Notes: generated by a model from the letters alone, not told the origin. A stretch of 64,000 nucleotides of DNA from Octopus sinensis (GCF_006345805.1 NC_043004.1:101804001-101868000); one strand, 5' to 3'; shown: positions 1 to 61,896, counted from the first letter of the stretch. Numbers and translations are program-made.

Positions 1-282
1 ATTTTGATAAAGTCATCATAAATTAAATGTGTTTTTTTTTTAGAAAGGAAGATAAAAAAAATCCTGTTTGGAGAAAAAAAGCAGTAACTTAACTAAAATG
101 TTAAATTCCAAACTGGAAAATAGGTTATCACTGCATGCAGCTATAGGAAGTGGCGCTTAAAATTGACTACCGTAAGCTTTCATTTATAAATGTTAAATTT
201 CACGACAGCCCTAATAAATGTTCAGAATATCATTGTAATCAATAAGAGAAAATAAAAGAAGAAAAAGAAAAGTACAACTTAC

Positions 283-47165
<46,883 letters not shown>

Positions 47166-49614
47166 TGTTATCAGTGTTGGCTTCTGAGTGTGTCAAAGGA
47201 AATTTTCAGTAGATTGGCAACCTCTACTTTTATTCAATGCCTATAAGAGAAATGAATTACATATTTTTCCAGGTCATTTTCGTTATCACATGATTAGTTA
47301 AGAAATTTACATAATCACATGATTCTCACGAAGGTGCATAATATAAAATTACACGCATGAAAGACACCGCTGGCATATATTTTTGCTATTTCATATTCAC
47401 ACAATAACTTTAGAACTGCAAGATACGCTTACAAATTCAGTAACTCACGTAAAACACAAATGCTATTGAATTATCAGAGAAAAGCGTTCTGTATGATAAG
47501 GACATTGACGTTGTCTTCTGCTTTTAGTTCTTAGTTACTTATAAAGGGTTTTTGTTCATCAAGTACTTGGATAATCTCAGCTGATGGACATGCTATTTAA
47601 CACACTGTATAATTTACAGAAGCCCGTAGTCTATTGGTATTTTGCAAAGAGAACGCTCACATATGATATTTATGATATTCAGAATTATACGCTACACTCC
47701 ACAGACTTAGCTCATTCTACTCCCTACTGTCTCAGACACTTAAATCGACTTAATGAATTGTTTTGTATCCTTTTATTTACGAAACAAGGCAGTGGTCATG
47801 GCCCTTCACAAGGTCTCCGACACCGGTTAATGGAGGAGAGGGGGGGTATCCTGAAACTGAAAAACTGGACCCAATGCTTGCAACAGAAAGAATTTCGATA
47901 GAGGTAACCAAGATGTCTCATGGTCTTGTTAAACCGGGAGATATGTTGTCTAACATTAATCATCAGAATACTACAAATGACATGGCTGATCTCCGTATGA
48001 ACAGGCATTCGTTTCACTGCATTCGCGGCTGACAGTTTCTTTCTCAAACCGTCATGCAATTCCTATCCTGGAAATTTCTGACAGTTTCTTCATTTATGAC
48101 GTATGATCGTTGTATATTTCATGCTTCATTTATCTTTCTCACCCTTCTTTACATTAAACATCTCACTGTAATATTAATGTGCTCGCCATTCCCTAGAATT
48201 ATCATTAGAATTTCTAATTAGTGTTGTCCTTCCTAGTTTTTGCGAAATCCAGTTTTTCGACATTGGCACTAACACAACTAATTATATAATCAAAGTCTCT
48301 AATATAATCTAGTGTTACAGATAGTACCTGCATATTTATCATTAGTTCCGAATACTTTCTTATTTGTTCTTTCATCTGAAACAGTATACTAACGTATACA
48401 GATAACAATGTCGGCATTAAGCAAATTAAAAAAGTAAAAAAATTTCTACAAGAGATGAAAGTAGTAACTATACTGAGAAGTAATACTCAGCGTCACTTCA
48501 ATATGGATGTTACTATCGTTTTAACCCCAGGAGGAGCCTCCTCCAGCAGGTTATCGATGCAATCTGCACCCGATATATATTGCAAGTAGGGGAGCGAACC
48601 CTTACCATCTTCTGGCGACAAAGACCGGATTACCAGAGCGAACACTTTCTAGCTATTTCTACTCATCCTCAATGGTGGACACCCATCCGCTAAAGATAGC
48701 AGTAATCTGCTCCAGCTCAGAAATATATAGAAAAATAAGTAGTAACCAGTAACTATACTGAGACGTAATGTTTATTGCCACTTCAATATGGTTGTTCCAT
48801 AGGAACTGATATTACTACCTTTTTTAACGGTATAGTGCGTGCTGAAGCAGACTACTGCTATCTCTAGCGGACGAGTGACTACAAATGAGGATGGTCCGTC
48901 ACTGTTGCTATTGGTATGAGTTCGCTTCCCTGCTTGCAGAATATATTGGGTGCAGATTACATCGATTACCAGCTAGAGGAAACTCCTCCTGGAGTTAAAA
49001 AATGTCTATTGACTTTGTATACCTACTAGGCCACTGGCAGAAAACATGGGGAATGGCTGAGAATAAAATTAAGAATATCTGACGTATTTTCATCGCGCTC
49101 GTAATAGACAAAACTTCGACGGTTTTTGTGCAGACGACTGAAGATTAATAAAAATAGCAAGAGATTTACTAATGTCTTCACTCTGTAGAAGAGTTATCTC
49201 TGCTGTAAGCGCATTTTGATTTATTTAATGCAATAGGGGAAACAGTGTCTATCTTTTACACGGATAAGCCGTTACAAGCCCATTGTTTCCAACTTCAAGA
49301 AATAGGTGCAACTCGGGTCTCTACTTCGTGAAGGCCAACTCCATAGCATCATGACTGCACATGTGTATTGCACTGGCGAGCTGTCACCAGGAAATGTATG
49401 TCTCAAAAACGATTTTTTACTCCAAAAGTGAAATTTTGTTGCAAAGTTGTTTCTTTAACTTCTAACGCACAAGTGGTGTTACGGAAGTAGTTTGTGGCTC
49501 ATTAGGAAGTGCTGGAAGTTGCCTTCGATTCATGAAGTTGTGTTCCCTGGATGCTATACATTGCAAGTGCTGTGTACGAGGTAATCCCCAGAAATTCATG
49601 GTCGGGACTAATTG

Positions 49615-50130
49615 TTACAGTGTATCAACTTACCCCAGGCATGCAAAAACCTACCTCTTCTATTTCAGTTTAACATGCCATGCCTAGAAATTACAAAACG
49701 AAGATTACAAGGGGAGATACCCTACTGATGTCATGGAAAGAGCCGCAAGAAAAGTTGTGGATGAAAAGAAATCATTATGGAATGCGCTGAGGTTGTGGCA
49801 TCTCGTGTGGCACGAATCCGGCTATCTGCTGAATCCATTATGAAGGTTCCCTGTCGCCCTCCTTTCGCCAGGAGTTGCAGGCAATTTTTAAATATCTAGT
49901 GGCTATAGCGAAAGAGGTAGTATGGTGGACCATTTTGAAAGGGCTAAAGACAGGCACTTTCCTCTCTGGCCAAGCCCTTATCAACTTTTTCAAGTTTCAC
50001 TTGAAAAGGAATTTGAGGGTGGTGAGGGAAGTGTTGCTTTGGAGCAAGCTTGTTCAAGGGTGGGTGAATGCTGGAAGAATGGCCAGTGTGAAAGGACCAA
50101 TTCTGAGCGTGTGCACCTGTAAAACAAAGG
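49615..50130 (+). mobile_element. Possible internally deleted pogo/Tigger-like DNA transposon relic
   Basis: Frameshifted MPRNYKTKITRGDT/PTDVMERAARKVVDEKKSL resembles an HTH-psq N-terminus; weak Cys-containing C-terminal remnant near 50050. Confidence 0.4.
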
Positions 50131-50279
50131 AGAATTGTTCTTACCCTGTTGTTCAGGCACCCGAGGCATTTGTAGGTTTTTCCACGAGGACCTTAAAGCG
50201 CCTCCTTTATTGGGAGTTTAAATTGTTTCACTTTTTTGGTATTACATTGTATAAACGCGAAGACCCAGTAAAATAAATG

Positions 50280-50792
50280 TTCCTAGTAAAATATAAGAAA
50301 TATTACAAGAAAAAACATGGCAGTCTATGGAGACCAATCCACTGGGAGCTTTGAAGAAAGCTATACTGAAAAATGGTATGAACATGAACCAAGTAAAGTA
50401 CAAGAAAGTAAGAAGTACAAGAGGTTGCTGGATTTTACAGTCCCAAATGATGAAAAAATTAATATGAGAAGTATAGAAAAAATAGCAAAATTCCATGACC
50501 TAGTTATCGATTTACAGAGACTATGGAAAGTGCGGGTAAAATGTATTCCAGTAGCTAGAGGCGCATTGGGAAGTATCCCTAAAGATATGAAGATACGGGT
50601 AGAAGAAATAGGCATAAAACCCAGTTTAGTACAGCCGCAGAAAATAGTGGTATTAGGGACAGCTAGGATACTTAGGAGGGACCTTAATATCTAAGGTTAC
50701 TTGCTGTAACCCGATAGGAGGGTTCTTGACATCTAAGTCTACTTGCTAGGATTCATTTATTTTTCATCGGCCTAATCCTTTGAGTTTATATG
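50280..50792 (+). mobile_element. R4/Dong-like LINE lineage f, 3' fragment with internal deletion
   Basis: KWYEHEP...LDFTV...KIAKFHDL..DLQRLWK..IPV..GALG..QKIVVLGTARILRR; ends in (TAA)n. Confidence 0.85.
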
Positions 50793-50865
<73 letters not shown>

Positions 50866-51359
50866 GGCACACACCAGAAAAGGTCACAGAAAACAAGAAA
50901 GCAACCATACTCTGGGATATGCCGATACACACAGATAGAGAAATTAAGCCCAACAGACCAGATATAGTTGTCAGAGATCATGAAGAAAAAAATGCTTTCT
51001 AATTGATGTATCAATACCAGCGGATTACAACGTGTCTCTAAAAGAAATGGAGAAACTTTCAAAATACAAAGACCTGGAAATAGAGGTAACCAGAATGTGG
51101 AATCTAAAAACAGAAACAATTCCTATCATAATAGGTGCATTAGGCATGATAAAAAATATTCAGACCATAACAAAAACACCAGGACTTACAAACACATATA
51201 ACATACAGAAAATTGCACTACTAGGCACTGCACACATCCTACGCAGAACACTTTCCATACAATAACCATCAGAGCATCACAACAAATCACAGCACATACC
51301 CAAGGCACACAGAGCTGCGCTCGGTAGTGAAGTGAAAGCACGATATAAAAAATATACTA

Positions 51360-51362
<3 letters not shown>
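50866..51362 (+). mobile_element. R4/Dong-like LINE lineage b, short 5'-truncated copy between (TAA)n tracts
   Basis: RHTPEKVTENKKATILWDMPIHTDREIKPNRPDIVV...; TAA tracts at 50793-50865 and 51363-51447. Confidence 0.93.
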
Positions 51363-51448
<86 letters not shown>

Positions 51449-51470
51449 GAAGAAGAAGAAGAAGAAGAAG

Positions 51471-52680
51471 AGCGCCAGCCTTGACAGCGGCTGGACGTGT
51501 TCCTCACTGCTCTGACAGTTCGGTGGCTGAAAGCCATAGAAACACTAATATGGGCCAGTTTAGCAACGGGGAAAAATAACTCTCAAAGACTGGAACATCT
51601 ACAATACCTCGTGAGTATTTGAAATTCTCTTCAAAGTGGGTTAAGAAATTTACAAATTTACATATCTGCAGCTTTCAAACATACATCCGATCGGCTTTAA
51701 AAACTTTAATACCCACAACTGCCTCTGTAAACATCCTTTTTTTTCTTTTTTTTCTTCTCTCTAAAAACATCACGCTTTTCTTTTTGTAGACTTGCAAAAC
51801 CCTAAAACTTTCTATGAAAATCTGACTTTTTCTTTGCTTCCTCCCAGAATATTCAAATATAAATGTAAACATATACTCTTTATTGCAAAAACACACCTGT
51901 TCTCCTAACTGGACATACAAACATCTCTAGAGGGGTCAACTTCAACCTCCACAATATTACCTTGCACGAAATATACAGACACTTTTTATTGCAATAACAC
52001 AAACGCACATGGAAAAAATAATGATACTAAGATTCTCTCTGGTCGAACACGGCTTCTCTATTCACAAATAATACAGAACAGCCCTTCAAAATAAGCACGA
52101 AATATACAAACACTTTTTATTGCAATAACACAAACGCACATGGAAAAAATAATGATGCTAAGATTCTCTCTGGTCGAACACAGCTTCTCTATTCACAAAT
52201 AATACAGAACAGCCCTTCAAAATAAGTTAAGAAAATTTACAAATTTACATATCTACAGTTTTCAATCATACATTCGACCAGCTTTAAAAACTTTGATACC
52301 CACAATTGCCTCTGTAAACATCCTTTTTTTCTTTTTTTTCTTCTCTCTAAAAACATCACGCTTTTCTTTTTGTGGACTTACAAAACCCTAAAACTTTCTA
52401 TGAAAATCTGACTTTTCTTTGCTTCCTCCCTGAATATTCAAATATAAATGTAAACATATACTTTTTATTGTAAAAACACACCTGTTCTTCTAACTGGACA
52501 TACAAACGTCTCTAGAAAAGTCAACTTCAACCTCCCCAATATTACCTTACAGGAAATATACAAACACGTTTTATTGCAATAACACAAACGCACATGGAAA
52601 AAAAGATGATGATGCTAAGATTCTCTCTGGTCGAACACAACTACTCTATTCACAAACAATACAGAACAGCCCTTCCTTAA
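51471..52680 (+). mobile_element. Unnamed modular non-coding element, copy 1
   Basis: Head gacagcggctggacgtgttcctcactgctctgac followed by tandem modules (A-B-B-A-B); homologous to 33700-34708 on the minus strand. Confidence 0.65.
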
Positions 52681-53199
52681 TTTTTCTTAAGCCTAATAGT
52701 AGTAAACATCTGAACTTTTTTTGACCGATAGGACCCCACCTAAAAAAAAAAAAATATCACTGATGGTGATGGTGATGATGGTGATGATGATAATAATGAT
52801 AGTAATAGTGCTGATAATCTATCTATCTATCTACACACACACACACACACTCAAAGAGTTCAACCAACACAAAGAAAGTATTATTTGACAGGCAAGAACT
52901 CTGGTGTTGAAGACAGTCAGCCAGCCAACCACCAAGCCAGCCAACGAGACAGACAGACACTAATGTGATGGTGATAATGATAAAAAAACCAAAAAAAACA
53001 ATAATAAGATACTGCTGTGACTACACATAAAACAATATCATTGATGATGATGGTGGTGATGGTGATGGTGATGATGATAACGATGATGGTAATGGTGGTG
53101 ATAATGATGATAGTGATGGTAATGGTGATGATAATAACAATAATAAGCCGACTACGGCTGCTATAATGGTACGATTATAATTGTAACGACAATGATGGC

Positions 53200-56100
53200 C
53201 GTCTCCCCACGAGCCAATCAAAGCTAAAAAATGATAACATTATCGTAGCACAAAATGTTTTTGGAAACTAAAAGGAAAACTAAATCAGTATACCAAATCG
53301 CTTGTCCTATGGTTAATCTGGAAGCGCGTCCCTCGGGGAAGAGCCAGCCTGGGATCGAAAAGTCATCAACTGGCACAAACTCTTCTCCGAATACGACATG
53401 GATGGTCACTTGAACGGGAAATCCCCCAACTCGAGCCCTCCAAGTTCACCACCACAACCACCACAGAAAGAAAATGTAAGCGAAACAAATGGACCCGAGA
53501 AGAGTATAAAGAAGTAATATACGCTTATTACTATGCATTAGGTAGGCCATCTCAAGAGAGACACACCGCAAACTCTTACAGTATATGGAGAACACGGAAT
53601 CAAGACAGTAGGCCCTATTTGGACGAGAACAAATTAGCAAATGTGAGGAGGGATATCCTTAGAAATAACAGACTCACAGACAGTGAAATAAGCGCGATCA
53701 AGTACGCAACGGAAAATGACATAAATATAAGACACAAAGGAATGAAGAATCAGATGAACAGTATAGCCCGCCACGAGGCTTAATTGAAAGACTGCCATCT
53801 GACCAAAGTACGCAAAGGCCTGAAGATACAAGAAATTCTATTGTACCTGTTAAAGATAGCCAGGAAAACGAAAAAAACAACAGTAACTGAAGATCTCGCA
53901 TTTGCTGAAGAACACAGAGAGTCTATGGCAGAAATGAGGCAGAAAATCCTGAATACGCTTGAAGTTGTAAGACATACAAGTATGAATGATAGAGAACCAC
54001 TTCATAAACTCTCAAATACAAACCAAAATAAAAAACAAATCCAAATTGGCAACTATGTAACAAATGAATAATACGAGAATTAAAACCTGATTTTACTGAG
54101 TTAAATGAAATTATTTACGCTCTGCTAGGGCAATTGAAACCAGCTGTATGCCCCCGAAAAAACAAAGAAACCAAACCTGGGAAGAAATCAAACCTGGAGA
54201 AGTAAAATTGAAAAAGAGATTGAATTTATGAGAGGGGAAATATCAATATTAAATGAACTAATATGTGGAAATAATGTAAGATCCAGAACAGGAAGAAAGA
54301 TGAAGAGAAAATTTGGATCCTCACCAAGAGAAGAACTGATATCAATAAAAGAAACGCTGAAACAAAAAGTCCAAGCAAAAGCCCAAGAATACGAAGATTG
54401 AGAAGAGAAACAAGTTTTACAAGCAAAATAAGCTGTTCACATCCAACGCCAAAAATTCTACAGAGAAATAGGGAAGGAGAAAGTAACCGTTAAAGACCCC
54501 CCTCCCATGGAAGAAGTTCAAAACTTTTAAAAGGATTTGGAGTGACGAGAAGACGTACAACATAAATGCAGACTGGATTATACAAACTGAAGGATCCTAC
54601 CAAAATTTACAACACAAGCATGGGAAGACATCACAATAGCAGACCTAAGAAAGGCACTCACGAAGGCCCATAATTGGAAATCCCCCGGTAAAGATAGGGT
54701 GCCGAATTTCTGGCTCGCATCGCTCCCATGCGCACACGGTAAGCTAGTTCAGCTGCTCAATGGAATTATGAGAGACCCAAAGAAAACACCTGAATGGTTA
54801 GCAAGTGGCATTACTTACCTACTCCCAAAGAATAACGAAACCAACCTTCCAAAAAACTATCGGCTTATAACCTGTCTATCCACCACGTATAAAATCCTAA
54901 CATCTATCCTGGCGGAGAAAACATATGCATTCATGGAGAAAAACGATATTTTCCCCATTGAACAAAAAGGGTGCCGCCGAGGCTCTTACCGATGCAAAGA
55001 TCAACTGCTAATCAATCGTATGATCCTTGAGAACTGTCACAACAAGCGCAGAAATCTCAGCACCGAATGGATTGACTACCAAAAGGCCTTCGACAGTATA
55101 CCGCATCCATGGATCTTGAGATCGCTGGACATCTTCAAATTTCCCCTGTGATTTCAAGCTTCCTGAAGCACAATATGTCGTTGTGGAATACGAATCTCCA
55201 ACTATACCACTCTAATGGAGTACTTGCCTCAGAAAATATAAACATCAACTGCGGAATTTTTCAAGGTGACTCACTTTCACCTTCAATATTCTGCATAGCC
55301 CTAATACCCCTTACAAGTGAATTAAACAGAACAGGGTATGGGTATAAAATTGCCAATAAAAAAATAAGCCATCTATTTTATATGGATGACTTAAAACTTT
55401 ATGGTAAAGACAATAATGAACTTGAAGGCCTATTGCGCACCGTGAAAGCATTCAGCGATGACATCGGGATGGAGTTTGGACTTGAGAAGTGTGCCAAGGC
55501 CACTTTCCAGAAAGGGAAAGTGAAGACCACAAATTCAGTCGTGTTAGATGTTGACACAGTCATAAGAGAGCTTGAGCAAGAACAAACATACAAATATTTA
55601 GGGATAAATGAAGGCTCTGGTATTCAACATGCAAGCATGAAAGAGAAAATCAGGAAGGAATGTTATAGGAGAGTTCGTGCAGTCCTGAAATCTGAACTAA
55701 ATGCACGTAACAAGGTGTTAGCTATAAATTCCTTAGCAGTTCCAGTTGTTACTTATAGCTACAATGTGTTGAACTGGAATATGAGTGAAGTAAAGAATAT
55801 AGATAGAAAAATACGCAAGCTGCTGAGTTGTAATAGGATGCACCACCCAAAGGCAGACGTAGATCGCCTTTACCTTCCCAGAGCCCAAGGAGGTCGAGGC
55901 CTGATCCAATTTGAACTAGCTTACAAAACAACCACAATTGGACTGGCCAAATATCTCGAAATATCGAATGACTGGATGCTAAAGCTCGTGGAAAACCACG
56001 AGAGACGAAAGAAGCTTCATTCTATCATAAAGGAAAGCAAAAAGTTTGCTATTGATCTCGTGCAGGATACCCAAACTGAACAACCCGAGGGAAGTACGGC

Positions 56101-57101
56101 AACTATTGTTGCAAAGAAGGTGAAAATGATGGCAATGAAAAAAGCGCACGAGCAATTGGCTGATAGGTGGGAGGAGAAACCTCTGCACGGCAAATATGTG
56201 ACCCGCAGCAAACAAGCTGATGTTGACCAGAAGCAAACCCATCAGTGGCTACGGAGCTCAGGGCTAAAAGCAGAGAGCGAAGGTTTCATCCTGGCTGCTC
56301 AAGATCAAAGCCTATTAACCCGAAACTACCAGGCCAATGTGATGAAAAATGGAGCAGACCCAAAATGCCGATTCTGCAACGACATGATTGAAACAGTGGA
56401 CCACCTAATCTCTGGATGTAAAGTCTTAGCACCAGTGGAGTATAAATTAAGACATGACAGAGTTGGCCAATATCTCCACTGGCTAATAAGTCGGCATTAC
56501 AATATCAAAACTGCCGACAAGTGGTATAATCACCACCCTGAGGCTGTAACTGAAGGAGAAAATGTAACCATTCTGTGGGACTTTCCAGTACATACAGACC
56601 GAACCATCAAAGCCAATAAACCAGATATTGTTGTGAAAGACCAAAACAATAAAGTTTGCTTATTGATCGACATGAGCATCCCCTGTGATCATAATATCTC
56701 AGCGAAAGAGTTTGACAAGCTCAGAAAATATAAAGACCTACTCATTGAAATTGAGAAAATGTGGCATCTCAAGGCGGTTACCATACCAGTGATCGTAGGA
56801 GCACTAGGAATGATCAAGAAGGGAATCGAAAATTATATGAGAATGATCCCTGGTTTACTATCCCTGCAAGAAGTGCAAAAGATTGTCTTAACTGGTACAT
56901 CACACGTATTGAGAAGAGCATTGTCGATGTGAGAACTGTTGCTGCTCATGTATTTTAATTTAACTTTAAAAAAAAAAAAAATGAACGAACTACTGAGTTT
57001 GGTTTAATGGCCTACCAATGTATACTATGAGTTTCTTTGCCCTAGGAGTCGGGAAGACACTCGGCAAGAAATGGAAGAAAATTTGAAAGAAGAAAAAAAA
57101 A

Positions 57102-57102
<1 letters not shown>
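53200..57102 (+). mobile_element. R4/Dong-like LINE lineage a, near-full-length copy (5' half frameshifted)
   Basis: N-terminal KWTREEY motif, RT (GIFQGDSLSP, YMDDLKL), 607-aa open 3' ORF 55109-56932 with CCHC knuckle and PD..D..K; 3' end joined to (TAA)n. The 5' boundary is approximate. Confidence 0.95.
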
Positions 57103-57168
<66 letters not shown>

Positions 57169-57171
57169 TGA

Positions 57172-57719
57172 TGATGCAGTACCAGGCAATGGCTCTCATG
57201 ATTTCTGATCTTAACTGATTGGAAGTGTTATCATGTACATTGTTTTGCCTTGGTATAAAAGATGGGCTACAACAAATATTCTTATCAATACCACAGATTT
57301 GCTTGTCAGTCGTTTGACCTTAACCATTTGAGCATGTCCCTTAGTGGCTGGCGATATGTGCATCTATGATCACGAGCAGAAGTAGTGGGAGAGCATCATA
57401 GCTATGTCTTGAGAGGAATTCTTTGGGGTTTGAATAATTCACCTCTGGAAACATGGGTGTTTCGTTCAACATCCTTAAACAACCCTTGTTCGGGGACCTT
57501 TTGTGTGGGATGGGTTACTCGATCAGAAGAAAATTCTAACTGGGCCCCACCTGGACGGTCATGCGCTGTTTATTTATATGAGATCACCATGTCGCGCACA
57601 TGTGTTTGTGATGCATCTGTCTGGTGTACCCTTATCAGACGGGTAGTCATGATGGGTATACTGGGCTTCGTATATTTTACCCCAGTGTCACTTTGATGGC
57701 AGGCACTGCTCCCTCACTC
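57172..57719 (+). mobile_element. Unnamed ~550-bp non-coding element, copy 1, in (TAA)n
   Basis: tgatgcagtaccaggc...cactc, three copies in the window with the same ends. Confidence 0.8.
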
Positions 57720-57751
57720 AATAATGATGATAATAATAATAATAATAATAA

Positions 57752-57801
<50 letters not shown>

Positions 57802-57804
57802 TGA

Positions 57805-58354
57805 TGATGCAGTACCAGGCAATGGCTCTCATGATTTCTGATCTTAACTGATTGGAAGTGTTATCATGTACATTGTTTTGCCTTGGTATAAAAGATGGGC
57901 TACAACAAATATTCTTATCAATACCACAGATTTGCTTGTCAGTCGTTTGACCTTAACCATTTGAGCATGTCCCTTAGTGGCTGGCGATATGTGCATCTAT
58001 GATCACGAGCAGAAGTAGTGGGGGAGCATCATAGCTATGTCTTGAGAGGACTTCTTTGGGGTTTGAATAATTCACCTCTGGAAACATGGGTGTTTCGTTC
58101 AACATCCTTAAACAACCCTTGTTCGGGGACCTTTTGTGTGGGATGGGTTACTCGATCAGAAGAAAATTCTAACTGGGCCCCACCTGGACGGTCATGCGCT
58201 GTTTATCTTTATATGAGATCACCATGTCGCGCACATGTGTTTGTGATGCATCTGTCTGGTGTACCCTTATCAGACGGGTAGTCATGATGGGTATACTGGG
58301 CTTCGTATATTTTACCCCAGTGTCACTTTGATGGCAGGCACTGCTCCCTCACTC
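57805..58354 (+). mobile_element. Unnamed ~550-bp non-coding element, copy 2 (tandem duplicate of copy 1)
   Basis: Only a few substitutions and indels versus copy 1, same flanking gat/aat pattern. Confidence 0.8.
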
Positions 58355-58364
58355 AATAATGATG

Positions 58365-58414
<50 letters not shown>

Positions 58415-58502
58415 TAATAATAATAATAAGAAGAAGAAGAAGAGAAGAAGAAGAAGAAGAAGAAGAAGAAGAAGAAAAAGAAGAAGAAGAAGAAGAAGAG
58501 AA

Positions 58503-61500
58503 GATACACCGGGGGACGTTTAAGATGTAAGAACGATAAAACAGAGCTCCGAAATCTATCCACAAACATCGAAAACAAGGACATCGTATGGAGCCAAAGA
58601 TTTACTAACAAAGGATTGGACTGTATCCGAGTAAGTAATACTCATTGAAATTTATTACTATTTTCGAAACGAAATGATGTATTTTGGCTCGATATCATCT
58701 CCACCTCTAACACAACACATGTAAACATGCGTGGATTATTACGATCCATCAACACTAGATCATCCCCCGACCCCAAACACCATGTACAAAGGAACTAAGA
58801 AGAAATTAAATACCACCGATATTATTCAACCCAAGAATAACAATCGGGAGGTACGTACTTTAAACTTACAACACAAAATGTACGAAAAACTACACGGGCA
58901 AAACAATGTGACAACAGAAATGAACGGACCGGTACCCTACGAAAATGAAGACCGTCAAAATAGTGGGCCGGACGTTGTTCCTCATGTCCCGCAATTAAAA
59001 CCCAAAAGACATAAATGGACACGTGAGGAATACATTTCTATCTTACACGCATACTTCACAGCAGTGCTCTACCCAAAAAATGAAAACACAACAACACATA
59101 CATATAAAATATGGAAGGAAAATATTATAAATATAGACTTGGCTACATCAATGAACCCTAATAAATTAGCTAACGCACACAAAAAAAATATCAGAAATAG
59201 AAATAGAACATCTAAAAGAAAAAATACACCAGAGAAATGTAGATAGAAGCCACACAACAATGCCCAATAATATAAACACTGAAACAGTAAAACACGAAGA
59301 TAAACGTAACATTCCCAAGAAACACGATGTAAACAAAAAACAACAAACCCAGATCGTAAGGATGCATAATAATACACGACAAACAGCAAGCCAAAACACG
59401 GCAAACAAACATATAAATAAGAAAGAAAGCGACACAAATCTAAAACCTGGAAACAACGAAGGGGAGCCTAATGATTATGATAATATAAAAAGTAAAATAA
59501 TCAAAGAACTGAAAACCACAGAGCTCAAAATGGACCACCGACCATACCTCCCAAAAATCTAAATAGACAAAACAACACCAATTATAAACTGCATAAACCT
59601 AGCCGTCACGGAACTAATAGCCACTGAAACAAAAAGCGATATCACTGAGCTAAATGACTTAGTATACGCAGCAGCCACTGCAGCCACAAAAGAAGCTGGA
59701 TACTCACTCAAACCCATCCAAACAGGAGTACCACCACCCAAACAAACCCTGTGGATAAATAACATCCAAAACAAAATACAAAAAATGAGAAAAGATCTGT
59801 CGATTCTTAATGAAATCAGCAGACAATCAACGCTACTGAGCAACAAAAAGAAAATAAAAATACTCCGCAAATATAACATCAGAGATGAAGATTTACCTGA
59901 GATAAAAAAGCTGAAGCAAGATATCCTTGCCAAAGCACAAAGGATCCGCCGGTACGAGAAACGCCAGCGCTTCTTTGAACAAAACAAAAAGTTCAACTCC
60001 AACCCCAAAAACTTCTACCAAGAACTGGGCAAAAATAAAATAGAAATCACTGCAGCACCAACGGCAGAAGAAGTGGAAGAATTCTGGAGAGAAATATGGT
60101 CGGCGAACGAACAACCAAAAACAAGGAGTATCAAAACAACAAACTCAGCATCTGAGCAACTTTGGACCCCCATAACAACTGAAAAGGTCACCCAGGCACT
60201 GCAAAGACTAAGCAACTGGAAGGCACCTAGGCATGACAAGATCCCCAACTTCTGGTTGAAATATCTAACAGGAACGCATAGAGCCAGAGACAATGCCTGA
60301 ATGGCTCACGAAGGGAAAAACCATCTTAACTCCCAAATCAAATGAGACAGCAAAACCAGAAAACTACAGACCAATAACCTGTCTCCCTACAATGTACAAG
60401 GCATTTACTGCAGTGATATCGCAAAGGTTGAACAAGCACCTGGACGAAAACAGCCTGTTTCCAGAAGAGCAGAAAGGATACCGCAAAGGCTCATATGGCT
60501 GTAAAGATCAACTACTGATTAAAAAAGCCATAACTGAAGACAGCCACAGAAAGAAGAATGGCCTCAGTATGGCCTGGATCGACTACAAAAAGGCGTTTGA
60601 TAGCTTCCCCCACACATGGATCCTCGAAACACTAGTCATTAACAAAGTAGCACCAACAATTATAAAATTCATAGGGCACTCTATGAATAAATGGCAAACA
60701 GTGCTACACCTCCAAACAAAAGAGGGACTCATGAAAACCAAATTCATCCCCATTAGAAGAGGAATATTCCAGGGAGACACGCTCTACCCACTCCTTTTCT
60801 GCTTGGCACTGTCACCTCTATCTGATATGCTAATTAGAACTGAATGCGGATATAAATGTTACGGCAAAACGATCAGCCACCTTTTATATATGGATGACCT
60901 AAAACTATACGCTGCAAATGACAAACAGCTGGAAATACTATTAAAGACAGTTCATGGATTTACCAAAGAAGTAGATATGAAATTTGGATTAGAAAAATGC
61001 GCCAAAGTAACCCTGAAAAGGGGAAAACTAGTTAAGAGTAGCAACATCACACTAGATAAAACCAATGAAATAAAAGAACTAGACAAAGCCAAACTTACAA
61101 ATACTTAGGAATTACCAAAAACATGTAATGAAAAGAAATATTACAAGTAACTGCAGAATATGTGGAGATGGACAAGAAACAATAAATCATATTATCTCTA
61201 GCTGCCCAGTCCTGGCTAAGAAGGAATATATTCACAGACATGACAGAGTTGGAACCTACATACATTGGAAGCTATGCCAACATTATGGAATAACAACAGA
61301 AAAAAGATGGTATAGGCACACACCAGAAAACGTCACAGAAAACGAGAAAGCAACCATACACTGGGATGTGCCGATACACACAGATAGAGAAATTAAGGCC
61401 AACAGACCAGATATAGTTGTCAGAGACCATGAAGAAAGAAAATGCTTTCTAATTGATGTATCAATACCGGCTGATGACAACGTGTCTCTAAAAGAAATGG

Positions 61501-61815
61501 AGAACCTCTCAAAATACAAAGACCTGGAAATAGAGGTAACTAGAATGTGGAATCTGAAAACAGAAACAATTCCTATCATAGTAGGTGCATTAGGCATGAT
61601 AAAAAATATTCAGACAAATACATAACAAAAACAACAGGACTTACAAACACATATAACATACAGAAAATTGCACTACTAGGCACTGCACACATCCTACGCA
61701 GAACACTTTCCATACAATAACCATCAGAGCATCACAACAAATCACAGCACATACCCAAGGCACACAGAGCTGTGCTCGGTAGTGAAGTGAAAGCACGCTA
61801 AAAATAAGACTACTG
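58503..61815 (+). mobile_element. R4/Dong-like LINE lineage b, near-full-length copy with internal deletion
   Basis: KWTREEY N-terminus, RT (YRPITCL, GIFQGDTL, YMDDLKL), deletion from YKYLG to RNYQ at about 61105, CRIC..HIISSC, RPD; starts after (AAG)n and ends in (TAA)n. Confidence 0.93.
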
Positions 61816-61840
61816 AATAATAATAATAATAATGATAATA

Positions 61841-61896
<56 letters not shown>

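Noticed and set aside
47184-47545. Putative TATA (TATAAG, 47543-47538), non-coding first exon with gtgagt donor (47448) and acceptor at 47184
   Set aside because: Such short motifs are common in AT-rich DNA; it cannot be supported without CAGE or RNA-seq.
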